Source: Mobula hypostoma (taxonomy: Eukaryota). Taken from it: DNA of 64,000 nt. The notes under the pieces are model-generated. The model was not told the DNA's origin and ran no database searches. It worked only from the letters and a program-made list of their open reading frames with translations. The translations under genes and the position numbers were made by a program. This document shows, piece by piece, positions 29,901 to 42,423 of this stretch; the first letter of the stretch is position 1; the number at the start of each line of letters is the position of its first letter. The DNA lies in contig NC_086107.1 of assembly GCF_963921235.1 (NCBI RefSeq), forward strand, positions 115,694,001-115,758,000, in the 5' to 3' direction.

Positions 29901-32900
29901 TCAGCAGTGTGTCAGTGTAAAGAGACACGATCAGCAGTGTGTCAGTGTAAAGAGAGACGATCAGCAGTGTGTCAGTGTAAAGAGAGACGATCAGCAGTGT
30001 GTCAGTGTAAAGAGAGACGATCAGCAGTGTGTCAGTGTAAAGAGAGACGATCAGCAGTGTGTCAGTGTAAAGAGACACGATCAGCAGTGTGTCAGTGTAA
30101 AGAGAGACGATCAGCAGTGTGTCAGTGTAAAGAGACGCGATCAGCAGTGTGTCAGTGTAAAGAGAGGCGATCAGCAGTGTGTCAGTGTAAAGAGAGGCGA
30201 TCAGCAGTGTGTCAGTGTAAAGAGAGGCGATCAGCAGTGTGTCAGTGTAAAGAGAGACGATCAGCAGTGTGTCAGTGTAAAGAGACACGATCAGCAGTGT
30301 GTCAGTGTAAAGAGACACGATCAGCAGTGTGTCAGTGTAAAGAGACACGATCAGCAGTGTGTCAGTGTAAAGAGACGCGATCAGCAGTGTGTCAGTGTAA
30401 AGAGACGCGATCAGCAGTGTGTCAGTGTAAAGAGAGACGATCAGCAGTGTGTCAGTGTAAAGAGAGACGATCAGCAGTGTGTCAGTGTAAAGAGAGACGA
30501 TCAGCAGTGTGTCAGTGTAAAGAGAGACGATCAGCAGTGTGTCAGTGTAAAGAGACACGATCAGCAGTGTGTCAGTGTAAAGAGACACGATCAGCAGTGT
30601 GTCAGTGTAAAGAGACGCGATCAGCAGTGTGTCAGTGTAAAGAGAGACGATCAGCAGTGTGTCAGTGTAAAGAGAGACGATCAGCAGTGTGTCAGTGTAA
30701 AGAGAGACGATCAGCAGTGTGTCAGTGTAAAGAGACACGATCAGCAGTGTGTCAGTGTAAAGAGACACGATCAGCAGTGTGTCAGTGTAAAGAGACGCGA
30801 TCAGCAGTGTGTCAGTGTAAAGAGACACGATCAGCAGTGTGTCAGTGTAAAGAGACACGATCAGCAGTGTGTCAGTGTAAAGAGAGATGATCAGCAGTGT
30901 GTCAGTGTAAAGAGAGACGATCAGCAGTGTGTCAGTGTAAAGAGACACGATCAGCAGTGTGTCAGTGTAAAGAGAGACGATCAGCAGTGTGTCAGTGTAA
31001 AGAGAGACGATCAGCAGTGTGTCAGTGTAAAGAGACACGATCAGCAGTGTGTCAGTGTAAAGAGAGGCGATCAGCAGTGTGTCAGTGTAAAGAGAGATGA
31101 TCAGCAGTGTGTCAGTGTAAAGAGACACGATCAGCAGTGTGTCAGTGTAAAGAGAGATGATCAGCAGTGTGTCAGTGTAAAGAGAGATGATCAGCAGTGT
31201 GTCAGTGTAAAGAGAGACGATCAGCAGTGTGTCAGTGTAAAGAGAGATGATCAGCAGTGTGTCAGTGTAAAGAGAGATGATCAGCAGTGTGTCAGTGTAA
31301 AGAGAGATGATCAGCAGTGTGTCAGTGTAAAGAGAGATGATCAGCAGTGTGTCAGTGTAAAGAGAGACGATCAGCAGTGTGTCAGTGTAAAGAGAGATGA
31401 TCAGCAGTGTGTCAGTGTAAAGAGAGGCGATCAGCAGTGTGTCAGTGTAAAGAGACACGATCAGCAGTGTGTCAGTGTAAAGAGACACGATCAGCAGTGT
31501 GTCAGTGTAAAGAGAGACGATCAGCAGTGTGTCAGTGTAAAGAGACACGATCAGCAGTGTGTCAGTGTAAAGAGAGACGATCAGCAGTGTGTCAGTGTAA
31601 AGAGAGACGATCAGCAGTGTGTCAGTGTAAAGAGACACGATCAGCAGTGTGTCAGTGTAAAGAGAGACGATCAGCAGTGTGTCAGTGTAAAGAGACACGA
31701 TCAGCAGTGTGTCAGTGTAAAGAGAGACGATCAGCAGTGTGTCAGTGTAAAGAGACACGATCAGCAGTGTGTCAGTGTAAAGAGAGGCGATCAGCAGTGT
31801 GTCAGTGTAAAGAGACACGATCAGCAGTGTGTCAGTGTAAAGAGAGGCGATCAGCAGTGTGTCAGTGTAAAGAGACACGATCAGCAGTGTGTCAGTGTAA
31901 AGAGAGATGATCAGCAGTGTGTCAGTGTAAAGAGACACGATCAGCAGTGTGTCAGTGTAAAGAGACACGATCAGCAGTGTGTCAGTGTAAAGAGACACGA
32001 TCAGCAGTGTGTCAGTGTAAAGAGACACGATCAGCAGTGTGTCAGTGTAAAGAGAGATGATCAGCAGTGTGTCAGTGTAAAGAGACGCGATCAGCAGTGT
32101 GTCAGTGTAAAGAGACACGATCAGCAGTGTGTCAGTGTAAAGAGACGCGATCAGCAGTGTGTCAGTGTAAAGAGAGATGATCAGCAGTGTGTCAGTGTGA
32201 AGAGACACGATCAGCAGTGTGTCAGTGTAAAGAGAGACGATCAGCAGTGTGTCAGTGTAAAGAGACACGATCAGCAGTGTGTCAGTGTAAAGAGACACGA
32301 TCAGCAGTGTGTCAGTGTAAAGAGACACGATCAGCAGTGTGTCAGTGTAAAGAGAGACGATCAGCAGTGTGTCAGTGTAAAGAGAGATGATCAGCAGTGT
32401 GTCAGTGTAAAGAGAGATGATCAGCAGTGTGTCAGTGTAAAGAGACACGATCAGCAGTGTGTCAGTGTAAAGAGAGACGATCAGCAGTGTGTCAGTGTAA
32501 AGAGACACGATCAGCAGTGTGTCAGTGTAAAGAGACGCGATCAGCAGTGTGTCAGTGTAAAGAGAGGCGATCAGCAGTGTGTCAGTGTAAAGAGACACGA
32601 TCAGCAGTGTGTCAGTGTAAAGAGACACGATCAGCAGTGTGTCCGTGTAAAGAGACACCAGTGTGTCAGTGTAAAGAGAGACGATCAGCAGTGTGTCAGT
32701 GTAAAGAGAGACGATCAGCAGTGTGTCAGTGTAAAGAGAGATGATCAGCAGTGTGTCAGTGTAAAGAGACACGATCAGCAGTGTGTCAGTGTAAAGAGAG
32801 ACGATCAGCAGTGTGTCAGTGTAAAGAGAGACGATCAGCAGTGTGTCAGTGTAAAGAGAGACGATCAGCAGTGTGTCAGTGTAAAGAGAGACGATCAGCA

Positions 32901-34871
32901 GTGTGTCAGTGTAAAGAGAGACGATCAGCAGTGTGTCAGTGTAAAGAGAGACGATCAGCAGTGTGTCAGTGTAAAGAGAGACGATCAGCAGTGTGTCAGT
33001 GTAAAGAGACACGATCAGCAGTGTGTCAGTGTAAAGAGACACGATCAGCAGTGTGTCAGTGTAAAGAGACACGATCAGCAGTGTGTCAGTGTAAAGAGAC
33101 ACGATCAGCAGTGTGTCAGTGTAAAGAGAGACGATCAGCAGTGTGTCAGTGTGAAGAGACACGATCAGCAGTGTGTCAGTGTAAAGAGACACGATCAGCA
33201 GTGTGTCAGTGTAAAGAGAGACGATCAGCAGTGTGTCAGTGTAAAGAGAGACGATCAGCAGTGTGTCAGTGTAAAGAGACACGATCAGCAGTGTGTCAGT
33301 GTAAAGAGATGTGTCAGTGTAAAGAGACACGATCAGCAGTGTGTCAGTGTAAAGAGAGACGATCAGCAGTGTGTCAGTGTAAAGAGACACGATCAGCAGT
33401 GTGTCAGTGTAAAGAGACACGATCAGCAGTGTGTCAGTGTAAAGAGACACGATCAGCAGTGTGTCAGTGTAAAGAGAGACGATCAGCAGTGTGTCAGTGT
33501 AAAGAGAGATGATCAGCAGTGTGTCAGTGTAAAGAGAGATGATCAGCAGTGTGTCAGTGTAAAGAGACACGATCAGCAGTGTGTCAGTGTAAAGAGAGAC
33601 GATCAGCAGTGTGTCAGTGTAAAGAGACACGATCAGCAGTGTGTCAGTGTAAAGAGACGCGATCAGCAGTGTGTCAGTGTAAAGAGAGGCGATCAGCAGT
33701 GTGTCAGTGTAAAGAGACACGATCAGCAGTGTGTCAGTGTAAAGAGACACGATCAGCAGTGTGTCCGTGTAAAGAGACACGATCAGCAGTGTGTCAGTGT
33801 AAAGAGAGATGATCAGCAGTGTGTCAGTGTAAAGAGAGATGATCAGCAGTGTGTCAGTGTAAAGAGAGATGATCAGCAGTGTGTCAGTGTAAAAAGACAC
33901 GATCAGCAGTGTGTCAGTGTAAAGAGACACGATCAGCAGTGTGTCAGTGTAAAGAGACACGATCAGCAGTGTGTCAGTGTAAAGAGAGACGATCAGCAGT
34001 GTGTCAGTGTAAAGGAAGACGATCAGCAGTGTGTCAGTGTAAAGAGAGACGATCAGCAGTGTGTCAGTGTAAAGAGAGACGATCAGCAGTGTGTCAGTGT
34101 AAAGAGAGATGATCAGCAGTGTGTCAGTGTAGAGACACGATCAGCAGTGTGTCAGTGTAAAGAGAGACGATCAGCAGTGTGTCAGTGTAAAGAGAGACGA
34201 TCAGCAGTGTGTCAGTGTAAAGAGAGACGATCAGCAGTGTGTCAGTGTAAAGAGAGACGATCAGCAGTGTGTCAGTGTAAAGAGAGACGATCAGCAGTGT
34301 GTCAGTGTAAAGAGAGACGATCAGCAGTGTGTCAGTGTAAAGAGAGACGATCAGCAGTGTGTCAGTGTAAAGAGACACGATCAGCAGTGTGTCAGTGTAA
34401 AGAGACACGATCAGCAGTGTGTCAGTGTAAAGAGACACGATCAGCAGTGTGTCAGTGTAAAGAGACACGATCAGCAGTGTGTCAGTGTAAAGAGAGACGA
34501 TCAGCAGTGTGTCAGTGTGAAGAGACACGATCAGCAGTGTGTCAGTGTAAAGAGACACGATCAGCAGTGTGTCAGTGTAAAGAGAGACGATCAGCAGTGT
34601 GTCAGTGTAAAGAGAGACGATCAGCAGTGTGTCAGTGTAAAGAGACACGATCAGCAGTGTGTCAGTGTAAAGAGAGACGATCAGCAGTGTGTCAGTGTAA
34701 AGAGACACGATCAGCAGTGTGTCAGTGTAAAGAGAGACGATCAGCAGTGTGTCAGTGTAAAGAGAGATGATCAGCAGTGTGTCAGTGTGAAGAGAGGCGA
34801 TCAGCAGTGTGTCAGTGTAAAGAGAGACGATCAGCAGTGTGTCAGTGTAAAGAGACACGATCAGCAGTGTG
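26996..34871. repeat. 30-bp minisatellite, about 260 copies (CAGTGTGTCAGTGTAAAGAGA[G/C][A/G][C/T]GATCAG)
   Basis: Exact 30-bp period, with variation concentrated in three adjacent positions. Confidence 0.99.
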
Positions 34872-35027
34872 TTACTCATAGAGCCATAGTGAACTACAGC
34901 ACAGAAACCGTCTCTTCAGCCTATCTATTCCATGCTAAAGTTATCAAAACTGCCTACTCCCATCAACCTGCACTGAGACCATTGCCTCCATATCCTTACC
35001 ATCCATGTACCTCTCTAAACTTCCCTT

Positions 35028-35981
35028 AATCCACTGCTCTACTCTCTCTACACCCATGACTGTGTGGCTATGCTGAGCTCAAATACCATCTATAAATTTG
35101 CTGATGATACAACCATTGTTGGTAGAATCTCAGATAGTGATGAGAGGACGTACAGGAGTGAGATATGCCAACTAGTGGAGTGGTGTCACAGCAACAACCT
35201 GGCACTCAACGTCAGTAAGACCAAAGAGCTGATTATGGACTTCAGGAAGGGTAAGACAAAGGAACACATACCAATCCTCATAGAGGGATCAGAAGTGGAG
35301 AGAGTGAGCAGCTTCAAGTTCCTGGGTGTCAAGGTCTCTGAGGATCTAACCTGATCCCAACATATCGATGCAGTTATAAAGAAGGCAAGACAGCAGCTAT
35401 ACTTTATTAGGAGCTTGATGAGATTTGGCATGTCAACAAATACACTCAAAAACTTCTATAGTTGTACTGTGCGGAGCATTCTGACAGGCTGTATCACTGT
35501 CTGGTATGGAGGAGCCATTGCACAGGACCAAGAAAAGCTGCACAAGGTCATAAATTTAGCCAGCTCCATCTTGGGTACCAGTCTACAAAGTACTCAGGAC
35601 ATCTTCAGGGAGCAGTGTCTCAGAAAGGCAGTGTCCATTATTAAAGATCTCCAGCACCCAGGGCATGCCCTTTTCTCACTGTTACCATCAGGTAGGAGAT
35701 ACAGAAGCCTGAAGGCACACACTCAGCGATTCAGGAACAGCTTCTTCCCCTCTGCCATCCGATCCCTAAATGGACATTAAATCTTTGGACACTACCTCAC
35801 TTTTTTTTTAATATACAGTATTTCTGTTTTTGCACGTCTTTTAAATCTATTCAATATGCATAATTGATTTAGTTGTTTATTTATTTATTATTTTTCTCTC
35901 TGCTAGATTATGAGCTGCTGCTGCAAAGTTAAGAAATTTCATGTTACGTGCAGGTGATAATAAACCTGACTCTGATTCTGA
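35028..35981 (+). mobile_element. Rex1/Babar LINE, 5'-truncated; same family as 7340-8218
   Basis: YKFADDTTIVG, WCHSNNLALNVSKTKE, HPGHALFSLLPSG, tail ctctgattctga. Confidence 0.92.
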
Positions 35982-35989
35982 GATCGAGC

Positions 35990-37215
35990 TCGTGTGCGCT
36001 ACTTGTGTGGCAGCTCTCATTCCACACTCTCACCGCCCTCTGAGAGAGGACATTTCCCCTAATGTTCCCCTTTCACCCTTAATCCATGACCTCTAGTTGT
36101 AGTCCCACCCAACCTCAGGGTAAATGTAAGCAGGCTTTTTCCGCTATCTTTACTCCTCATAATGATGTATACCTCTATCAAATCCCTCAACCTTTTCGTT
36201 CTGAGGAATACAGTCCTAACCTATTGAATCTTTCCTTATAACTCAGCTCCTCTCGACCCAGTAGCGTTCTTGTAAATTTTCTCTGTACACTTTCAACCTT
36301 GTTCACATCTTTCCTGTAGCTTGGTGACCAAAACTGCACACGATATACCAAATTAGGCCTCACCAATGTCTTATACAACTTTAAAATATCATCCCAACTC
36401 CTGTACTCAATACATTGATTTATGAAGGCCAATATGCCAAAAGCTTTCTTTACAACCCTATCTACCTGTGACAGATCACCAGTGATCATCCAGATCATTG
36501 ATAGAGATGATAAACAATGGATTCAGCACCGATCCCTGTGGCACACCACTAGTCACAGGCCTCCAGTCAGAGCGGCAACCCTCCACTACCACTCTCTGGC
36601 TTCTCCCACAAAGCCAATGTCTCATCCAATTTACTACTTCATCATGAATGCTGAGTGACTGAACCTTCTTGACCAACCTCCCAAGCGGGACCTTGTCAAA
36701 TGCCTTGCTACAGTTCATGAAGACAACATCCACTGCCTTGCCTTCGTCCACTTTCCTGGTAACTTCCTCAAAAAACTCTAAGATTAGACGTGATCTACCA
36801 TGCACAAAGCCATGCTGACTATCTCTAATCAGTCGATGTCTATCCAAATAATTATATATCCAGTCCCTTAGCACACCTTCCAATAGCTTTCCCACAACTG
36901 ATGGCAGAATCACTGGTTGAGAGCTTCCTGGTTTATGTTTGGAGCCTTTCTGAAACAGCGGAACAACGTTGTCTATCCTCCAATCCTCTGGTACCTCTCC
37001 TGTCACTAAGGGTGTTTTAAATATCTTTTCTAGGGCCCCGGCAATTTCTGCACTTGGCTCCCGTAGGGTCCAAGGGAACACATTGTCAGACCCTGGGGAT
37101 TTATCCACCTTGATTTGCTTCAAGATAGCAAACACCTCCTCCTCTGTGATCTGTACCTCTTTGCCTCACTTCTATAGACTCTGCATGTGTCTCCCGAGTA
37201 AATACTGATGCAAAA
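35990..37215 (-). mobile_element. Decayed CR1 ORF2 fragment
   Basis: [36 protein letters not shown]. Confidence 0.85.
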
Positions 37216-37298
37216 AAATGAGAAACATAGAAACATAGAAATCCTACAGTGCATTACAGGCCCTTCAGCCCACAATGCTGTGCTGAACATGTACTTTA

Positions 37299-37603
37299 TA
37301 GGCATCCGTTAGTCTCCTGAGACCATGGATTTGCGCCCTTGGAAGGTTTCCAGGGCGTAGGCCTGGACAAGGTTGTATGGAAGACCGGCAGTTGCCCATG
37401 CTGCAAGTCTCCCCTCTCCATGCCACCAATGTTGTCCAAGGGAAGGGCATTAGGACCCATACAGCTTGGCACCATTGTCGTTGCAGAGCAATGTGTGGTT
37501 AAGTGCCTTGCTCAAGGACACAACACGCTGCCTCAGCCAAGGCTCGAACTAGCGACCTTCAGATCACTAGACGAACGCCTTAACCACTTGGCCACGCGCC
37601 AAC
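37299..37603 (-). mobile_element. tRNA-derived SINE (CORE-like centre, RTE-like tail) inserted in a CR1 tail
   Basis: A box TGGCCAAGTGG, B box GTTCGAGCC, GTGTCCTTGAGCAAGGCACTTAACC; TSD ACTTTA at 37293-37298 and 37604-37609. Confidence 0.85.
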
Positions 37604-37848
37604 ACTTTAGAAATTACCTAGGGTTACCCAAAGCCCTCTATTTCTCTAAGCTCCATGTACCTATCCAGGAGTCTCTTAAAAGACCCTATCGTATCCGCCT
37701 CCAACACCATTACTGGCAGCTCATTCCACGCACTCACCACTCTCTGCGTCAAAAAATTTACCCTTGACATTCCCTGTGTACCTATTTTCTGTTTTGACTC
37801 CACACATGGATAACCATTCTGGTCTTCCTGAGGATTAATTTTTTGCCT

Positions 37849-38870
37849 TAGAACATAGAAAATCTACAGCACATTACAGGCCCTTCGGCCCACACTGTTG
37901 TGCTGACCGTGTAACCTACTCTAAAAGCTGCCTGGAATTTCCGTACCGTATGGCCCTCTAAGCTCCATGTACCTATCTAAGAGGCTCTTAAAAGACCCTA
38001 TTGTATCCACCTCTACCACCGTCGCTGGCAGTGCATTCCACACACACCCACTACTCTCTGTGTAAGACTTACCCCTGACATCCCCTCTGTACCTACTTCC
38101 AAGCACCTTAAAACTATGCCCCCTCATGTTAGTAATTTCAGCCCCAGGAAAAAGCTTCTGACTATCCACACAATCAATGCCTCTCATCATCTTACACACC
38201 TCTATCAAGTCACCTCTCATCCTCCGTTGCTCCAAGGAGAAAAGATCAAGTACACTCAACCTATTCTCATAAGGTACGCCCTCCAATCCAGGCAACATTG
38301 TTGTAAATCTCCTCTGCACTCTCTCTATAGTATCCACATCCTTCCTGTAGTGAGGTGACCAGAACTGAGCACAGTACTCCAAGTGGGGTCTGACCAAGGT
38401 CTTGTATAGCTGTAACATTACCTCACGGCTCTTGAACTCAGTCTCACAGCTGATGAGTGCCAACACTCCATACGTCTTCTTAACAACACTATCAACCTGC
38501 ACAGCAGCTTTGAGTGCCCTATGGACATGGATCCCAAGATCTCTCTGATCCTCCACAGTCCCAAGAGTCTTACCATTAATATTATATTCTGTCTTCAAAT
38601 TTGACCTACCGAAATGAACCACTTCAAACTTCTCTGGGTTGAAGTCCATCTGCCACTCAGAACTCAGCCCAGTTCTGCATCCTATCGATGTCCCGCTTTA
38701 ACCTCTGCCAACCCTCTAGACTATCCACGACACCCCCAACTTTTGTATCATCAGAAAATTTACTAACCCACCTCTCTACTTCCTCATCCAGGTCATTTAC
38801 AAAAATCACAAAGTGGAGGGGTCCCAGAACAGATCCCTGTGGAACACCACTGGTCACCGACCTTCATATT
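37849..38870 (-). mobile_element. CR1 3' copy
   Basis: [30 protein letters not shown], (TTCTATG) tail. Confidence 0.9.
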
Positions 38871-39019
38871 GAATATGAGCTTGCAATCCTTTTGCTCTGA
38901 ACATACCTGTAGAATTCCTTAGGATTCTCCTTCACCTTGTCTGCTTCAGCAACTTCATGCCTTCTTTTAGCCCTCCTGATTTCTTTCTTAAGTGTTCTCT
39001 TGCCACGGAAGAAAGGAAA

Positions 39020-39285
39020 AGGCCACCCATTTTAATTCCGCTTCCCATTCCCGTTCCAACATGCCAGTCCACGGCCTCCTCTACTGCTGCAATGAGGCCA
39101 CACTCAGGTTGGAGGAGCAACACCTTATATTCTGTCTGGGTAGCCTGAACATCGGCATGAACATCGATTTCTTGAACTTCCGATAATGCCTCCCTTACCA
39201 TTCCCCATTCCCATGTCCCTCTCTCACCTTATCTCCTTACCTGCCCAGCACCTCCCTCTGGTGCTCCTCCGCCTTCCCTAACCCT
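39020..39285 (+). mobile_element. Penelope-like (GIY-YIG) 3' fragment
   Basis: ATHFNSASHS...LEEQHLIFCLGSL; same family as 57.2-57.4 kb. Confidence 0.8.
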
Positions 39286-39289
39286 AATG

Positions 39290-39628
39290 TGTGCGGAGAA
39301 TGTTTCCTATGATGGGAGAGTCTAAAACCAGAGGACGCAGCCTCAGAATAGAGGGAAGTCCTTTTAGATCAGAGATGAGGAGGAATTTCTTTAGCCAGAG
39401 AGTGGTGAATCTGTGGAATACTTTGCCACAGGCAGCCGTGGAGGGAAAGTCTTCATGTACATTTAAGGCAGATGCTGATAGATTCTTGATTGGTCAGGAC
39501 ATGAAGGGATACCGGGAGAAGTCAAGACACTGGGGCTGAGAGGAAAATTGGATCAGCCGTGATTGAATGGCAGAGCAGACTTGATGGGCCAAATGGCCTA
39601 ATTCAGCTCCTATATCTTATGGTCTAAT
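39290..39628 (+). mobile_element. CR1 3' end
   Basis: NFFSQRVVNLWN, cttatggtct tail. Confidence 0.85.
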
Positions 39629-40612
39629 GGAGACATCGCCGGGGTGTTGTTGATTGTTGTGTTACCTCCATACCTTGGCCTTTATATACTTACCAATCAG
39701 CTGATTGGATCTCATTTCGAAAACTCAGTTGTGATGTTGGGAGGAAACTTTATTGCTGATTCACTGTGTGGTGAGCTTTGTGTGTTGTGCTCTGGAATAT
39801 TTCCCACATTGGCTCATAAATGGGACAGAGATCTATGTATTTCTTCACAGAATTGTCCGTGGAAAACCAGGCTTCCAGGATTTATCTTTTTTGCTGCATC
39901 TTCACTTGTGCCTTGACTTTCACTGACGCCCAGTCGAACCTGAACCCCTCGCGGTCTCCATGGGGAGAGTTGGTCAAGCTGCTTACCAGCCAGTTGATGT
40001 TTATGGATTGTGGTGCATAGTTTTCTCCCAGTTTAGCCGACATAACACTTGCTGTAGTCCCTGCGTTCGATGCTGTGACCACATTGGTCTTGTCTAATAG
40101 CTTGGTTCGTTCATTGGTACTAGCCTCAAAGTTGCGGTTGACTTGTGCGTGACTGAAATTGTTACATACTTCATGGATATCTTGTGATCGTCTTATGAGG
40201 ATGATGTAATGGTCTTGCGGAGGTCACATGATGTAATTTTCCCTCCGATGTGAGGTCACGTGATGACCTGTTCTCACCAGGTATATAAGTGTAGACCCCT
40301 GGTGACGCAGTTAGTTTTCAGTTAGATTGTCGGTCAAATACTCCACTACGCTGCTTTTTAATCTCATGACGCAGTTTTGATTTAACACGGAATTTTACGT
40401 CCTATTGTAAGGTACAAAAGTGTTGGGCCGGCAGTTTTACCAATAGCTGCCAGGTTTGTTGATGTACCTTTTCAGTAATATTGGAGAGTGAAGACAGTAA
40501 TGTGGAGGAGTCGTTCGGCGGTTTTGCAGAGATTCGACCATTATTGAATTCGTTCAAGAAAGAGTGATCTTCATGAGATAGCCTCCGCTAAAAGCAGCAG
40601 AAAAGCCTGTGC

Positions 40613-41877
40613 AATGGTGGGGCACAGGGAGCAAGGGTGGACCCAAATGCAAGACACATCTTGTGAGGTTACTTAGGTTTAGTTTATTGTACGATACCAG
40701 GAGAGCAAGGCAGGAGCAGGAAATAGCGAACTGAACAAGGACTCAGGACTACGACTAGGCTGGGACCAAGGGTCTGGGCTTGGACTCGGAATCGGCTCCC
40801 AGAACTAGAGGAGACATGAAGAGGCTAGGGTATGGACTCCGAGCCAGAGACTGGGCAAGGACCCAGTACCTGGGTCTTGCCTCGGGCTCCGACCCCAGAA
40901 CCAGGCAAGGACATGACATGGGCTAGGGAGAGGAGGAACATGGAAAAACAGAGCCTCAATCTCAGGGAGCAGGTACATGGAACCATGGACACATACACAG
41001 AACACAGAGTCGAGACCCCTGCTTGGATACAGTACATAGGGCCGGGACTCATGACCCCCCGTGGGGCAACAGCAAGACGGCCTGACCTACCCCACAGAGG
41101 TGAGGACAAGACAAGACAGAACATGACTCCCTGCAGAAAAAAGGCAAGACGGCCAGACTTACCCCATGGAGGCGAGGACAAGACAAGACAAGACCAACAT
41201 GAATGAACACCAGACAGTACCTATCCAGCTCTGGTGATGGAATGAGACCGAAGTACAGGCAGGGGCTGCAGTCGAGGGCTAGAGGTGAGAGGGGCGGAGA
41301 AGGGATTCAGACAAGAGGGTAGGACAGGAATCACAGACCACCAGGGCCAGGACTAGACTCAGAACTGGGAAGCCGCCAGGGCTCGGATGTGGACGTGGTA
41401 CTTGAACGCAGACAGAGCCAGGATGTGGACGTGGTACTTGGATGTCGCCGGAGCCAGGATGTGGTGCTTGGAACCTCCGGGTAATGCCGAGCTCTCGACT
41501 CAGCCCGGGAACAGTAAACAGCGGCTCTTGATTCTCTCCAGCGGGTTAACTGACGGACCCACCTTGATGAGGAAACTTTGTAGGCTCGCTTCGGCAAGGT
41601 AACTGGACAGGGTTGCTCCGGTGAGGAAAGGTGAATTACCGGCACTCGCTTCGGCAGAGACTAGGCTTGCTCCGGCCAGGTGACATTGGCACACCATGAC
41701 TTTGCAGACTTTGCAGACGCTCCCGCTGAAAGCTGGAGACTATAAACTACCGGTTCAGCTGAGCGTTAATTGCCTTTAATCACCAAAGTCGAGGGACACA
41801 GGAAAACGGGGAATCAACGGTCCGGATCGTTACATAAACAAGGTAAATTTAAAGGGACCCCGATCCGGACCATGACA
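40613..41877 (-). mobile_element. Unrelated solo LTR nested in the 5' LTR
   Basis: Absent from the 3' LTR; GTGC duplicated at 40609-40612 and 41878-41881; minus strand begins TGTCATGG; AATAAA on minus at ~40683. Confidence 0.8.
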
Positions 41878-42297
41878 GTGCAGTATCTAGTATCCAGAGG
41901 GAAAGGTCAGTGCCTTTAAACTGTTTTATTTCGGTCATCGTGAATCCTGTGGACAAGGCAGGTTCCGGCTGGGATCGACAGTGACGTCATGTCTTCGAGA
42001 AATTCTTTACTTCAGGAAAGTCTCTCCTAATTGACTGTATAAATCTCTTGGACTTTCAAATTTACCATTCTAAGAACTGTGTTTGAATTTACCACTTCAA
42101 GAACCGTTTTTGCATTTATCGCTTTAAGAACTAGTACTGAGTGGCAGTTTGTTAAATGGCCGCATAGCAGTTTACTTCTGGTTATGGTTTTCATTTGTTT
42201 CTTTTTCCTAATTTTGAGTAGAATTTAATAAATGTCTATTTGTTTATAAAACCTGACTCATTTCTATATTCATTGTTGCCGGTCACGTGACATAATT

Positions 42298-42315
42298 TGG
42301 GGGCTCGTCCGGGAT
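42298..42315 (+). promoter_or_regulatory. Primer binding site, tRNA-Pro
   Basis: TGGGGGCTCGTCCGGGAT, the 18-nt complement of the tRNA-Pro 3' end, 5 nt after the 5' LTR. Confidence 0.95.
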
Positions 42316-42423
42316 CTGTTCCGATTTTTGAGCTTATTTGCTAGTTTAAGTATCAACCTGATTTAGAAAAGGGAAACACTCAATTCTTTAGTTTGATTGA
42401 TGTGTGCGTGGTATTCGGCAGCA

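Noticed and set aside
26996..34871. CRISPR-like regular array, or a real 2580-aa / 2242-aa protein gene
   Set aside because: No unique spacers, no cas genes, eukaryotic context. The ORFs arise from a stop-free 30-mer and lack any non-repetitive domain or credible start, so they are not called as CDS.
37530..37603. tRNA gene
   Set aside because: It is the head of a TSD-flanked SINE, with no convincing full cloverleaf or terminator.
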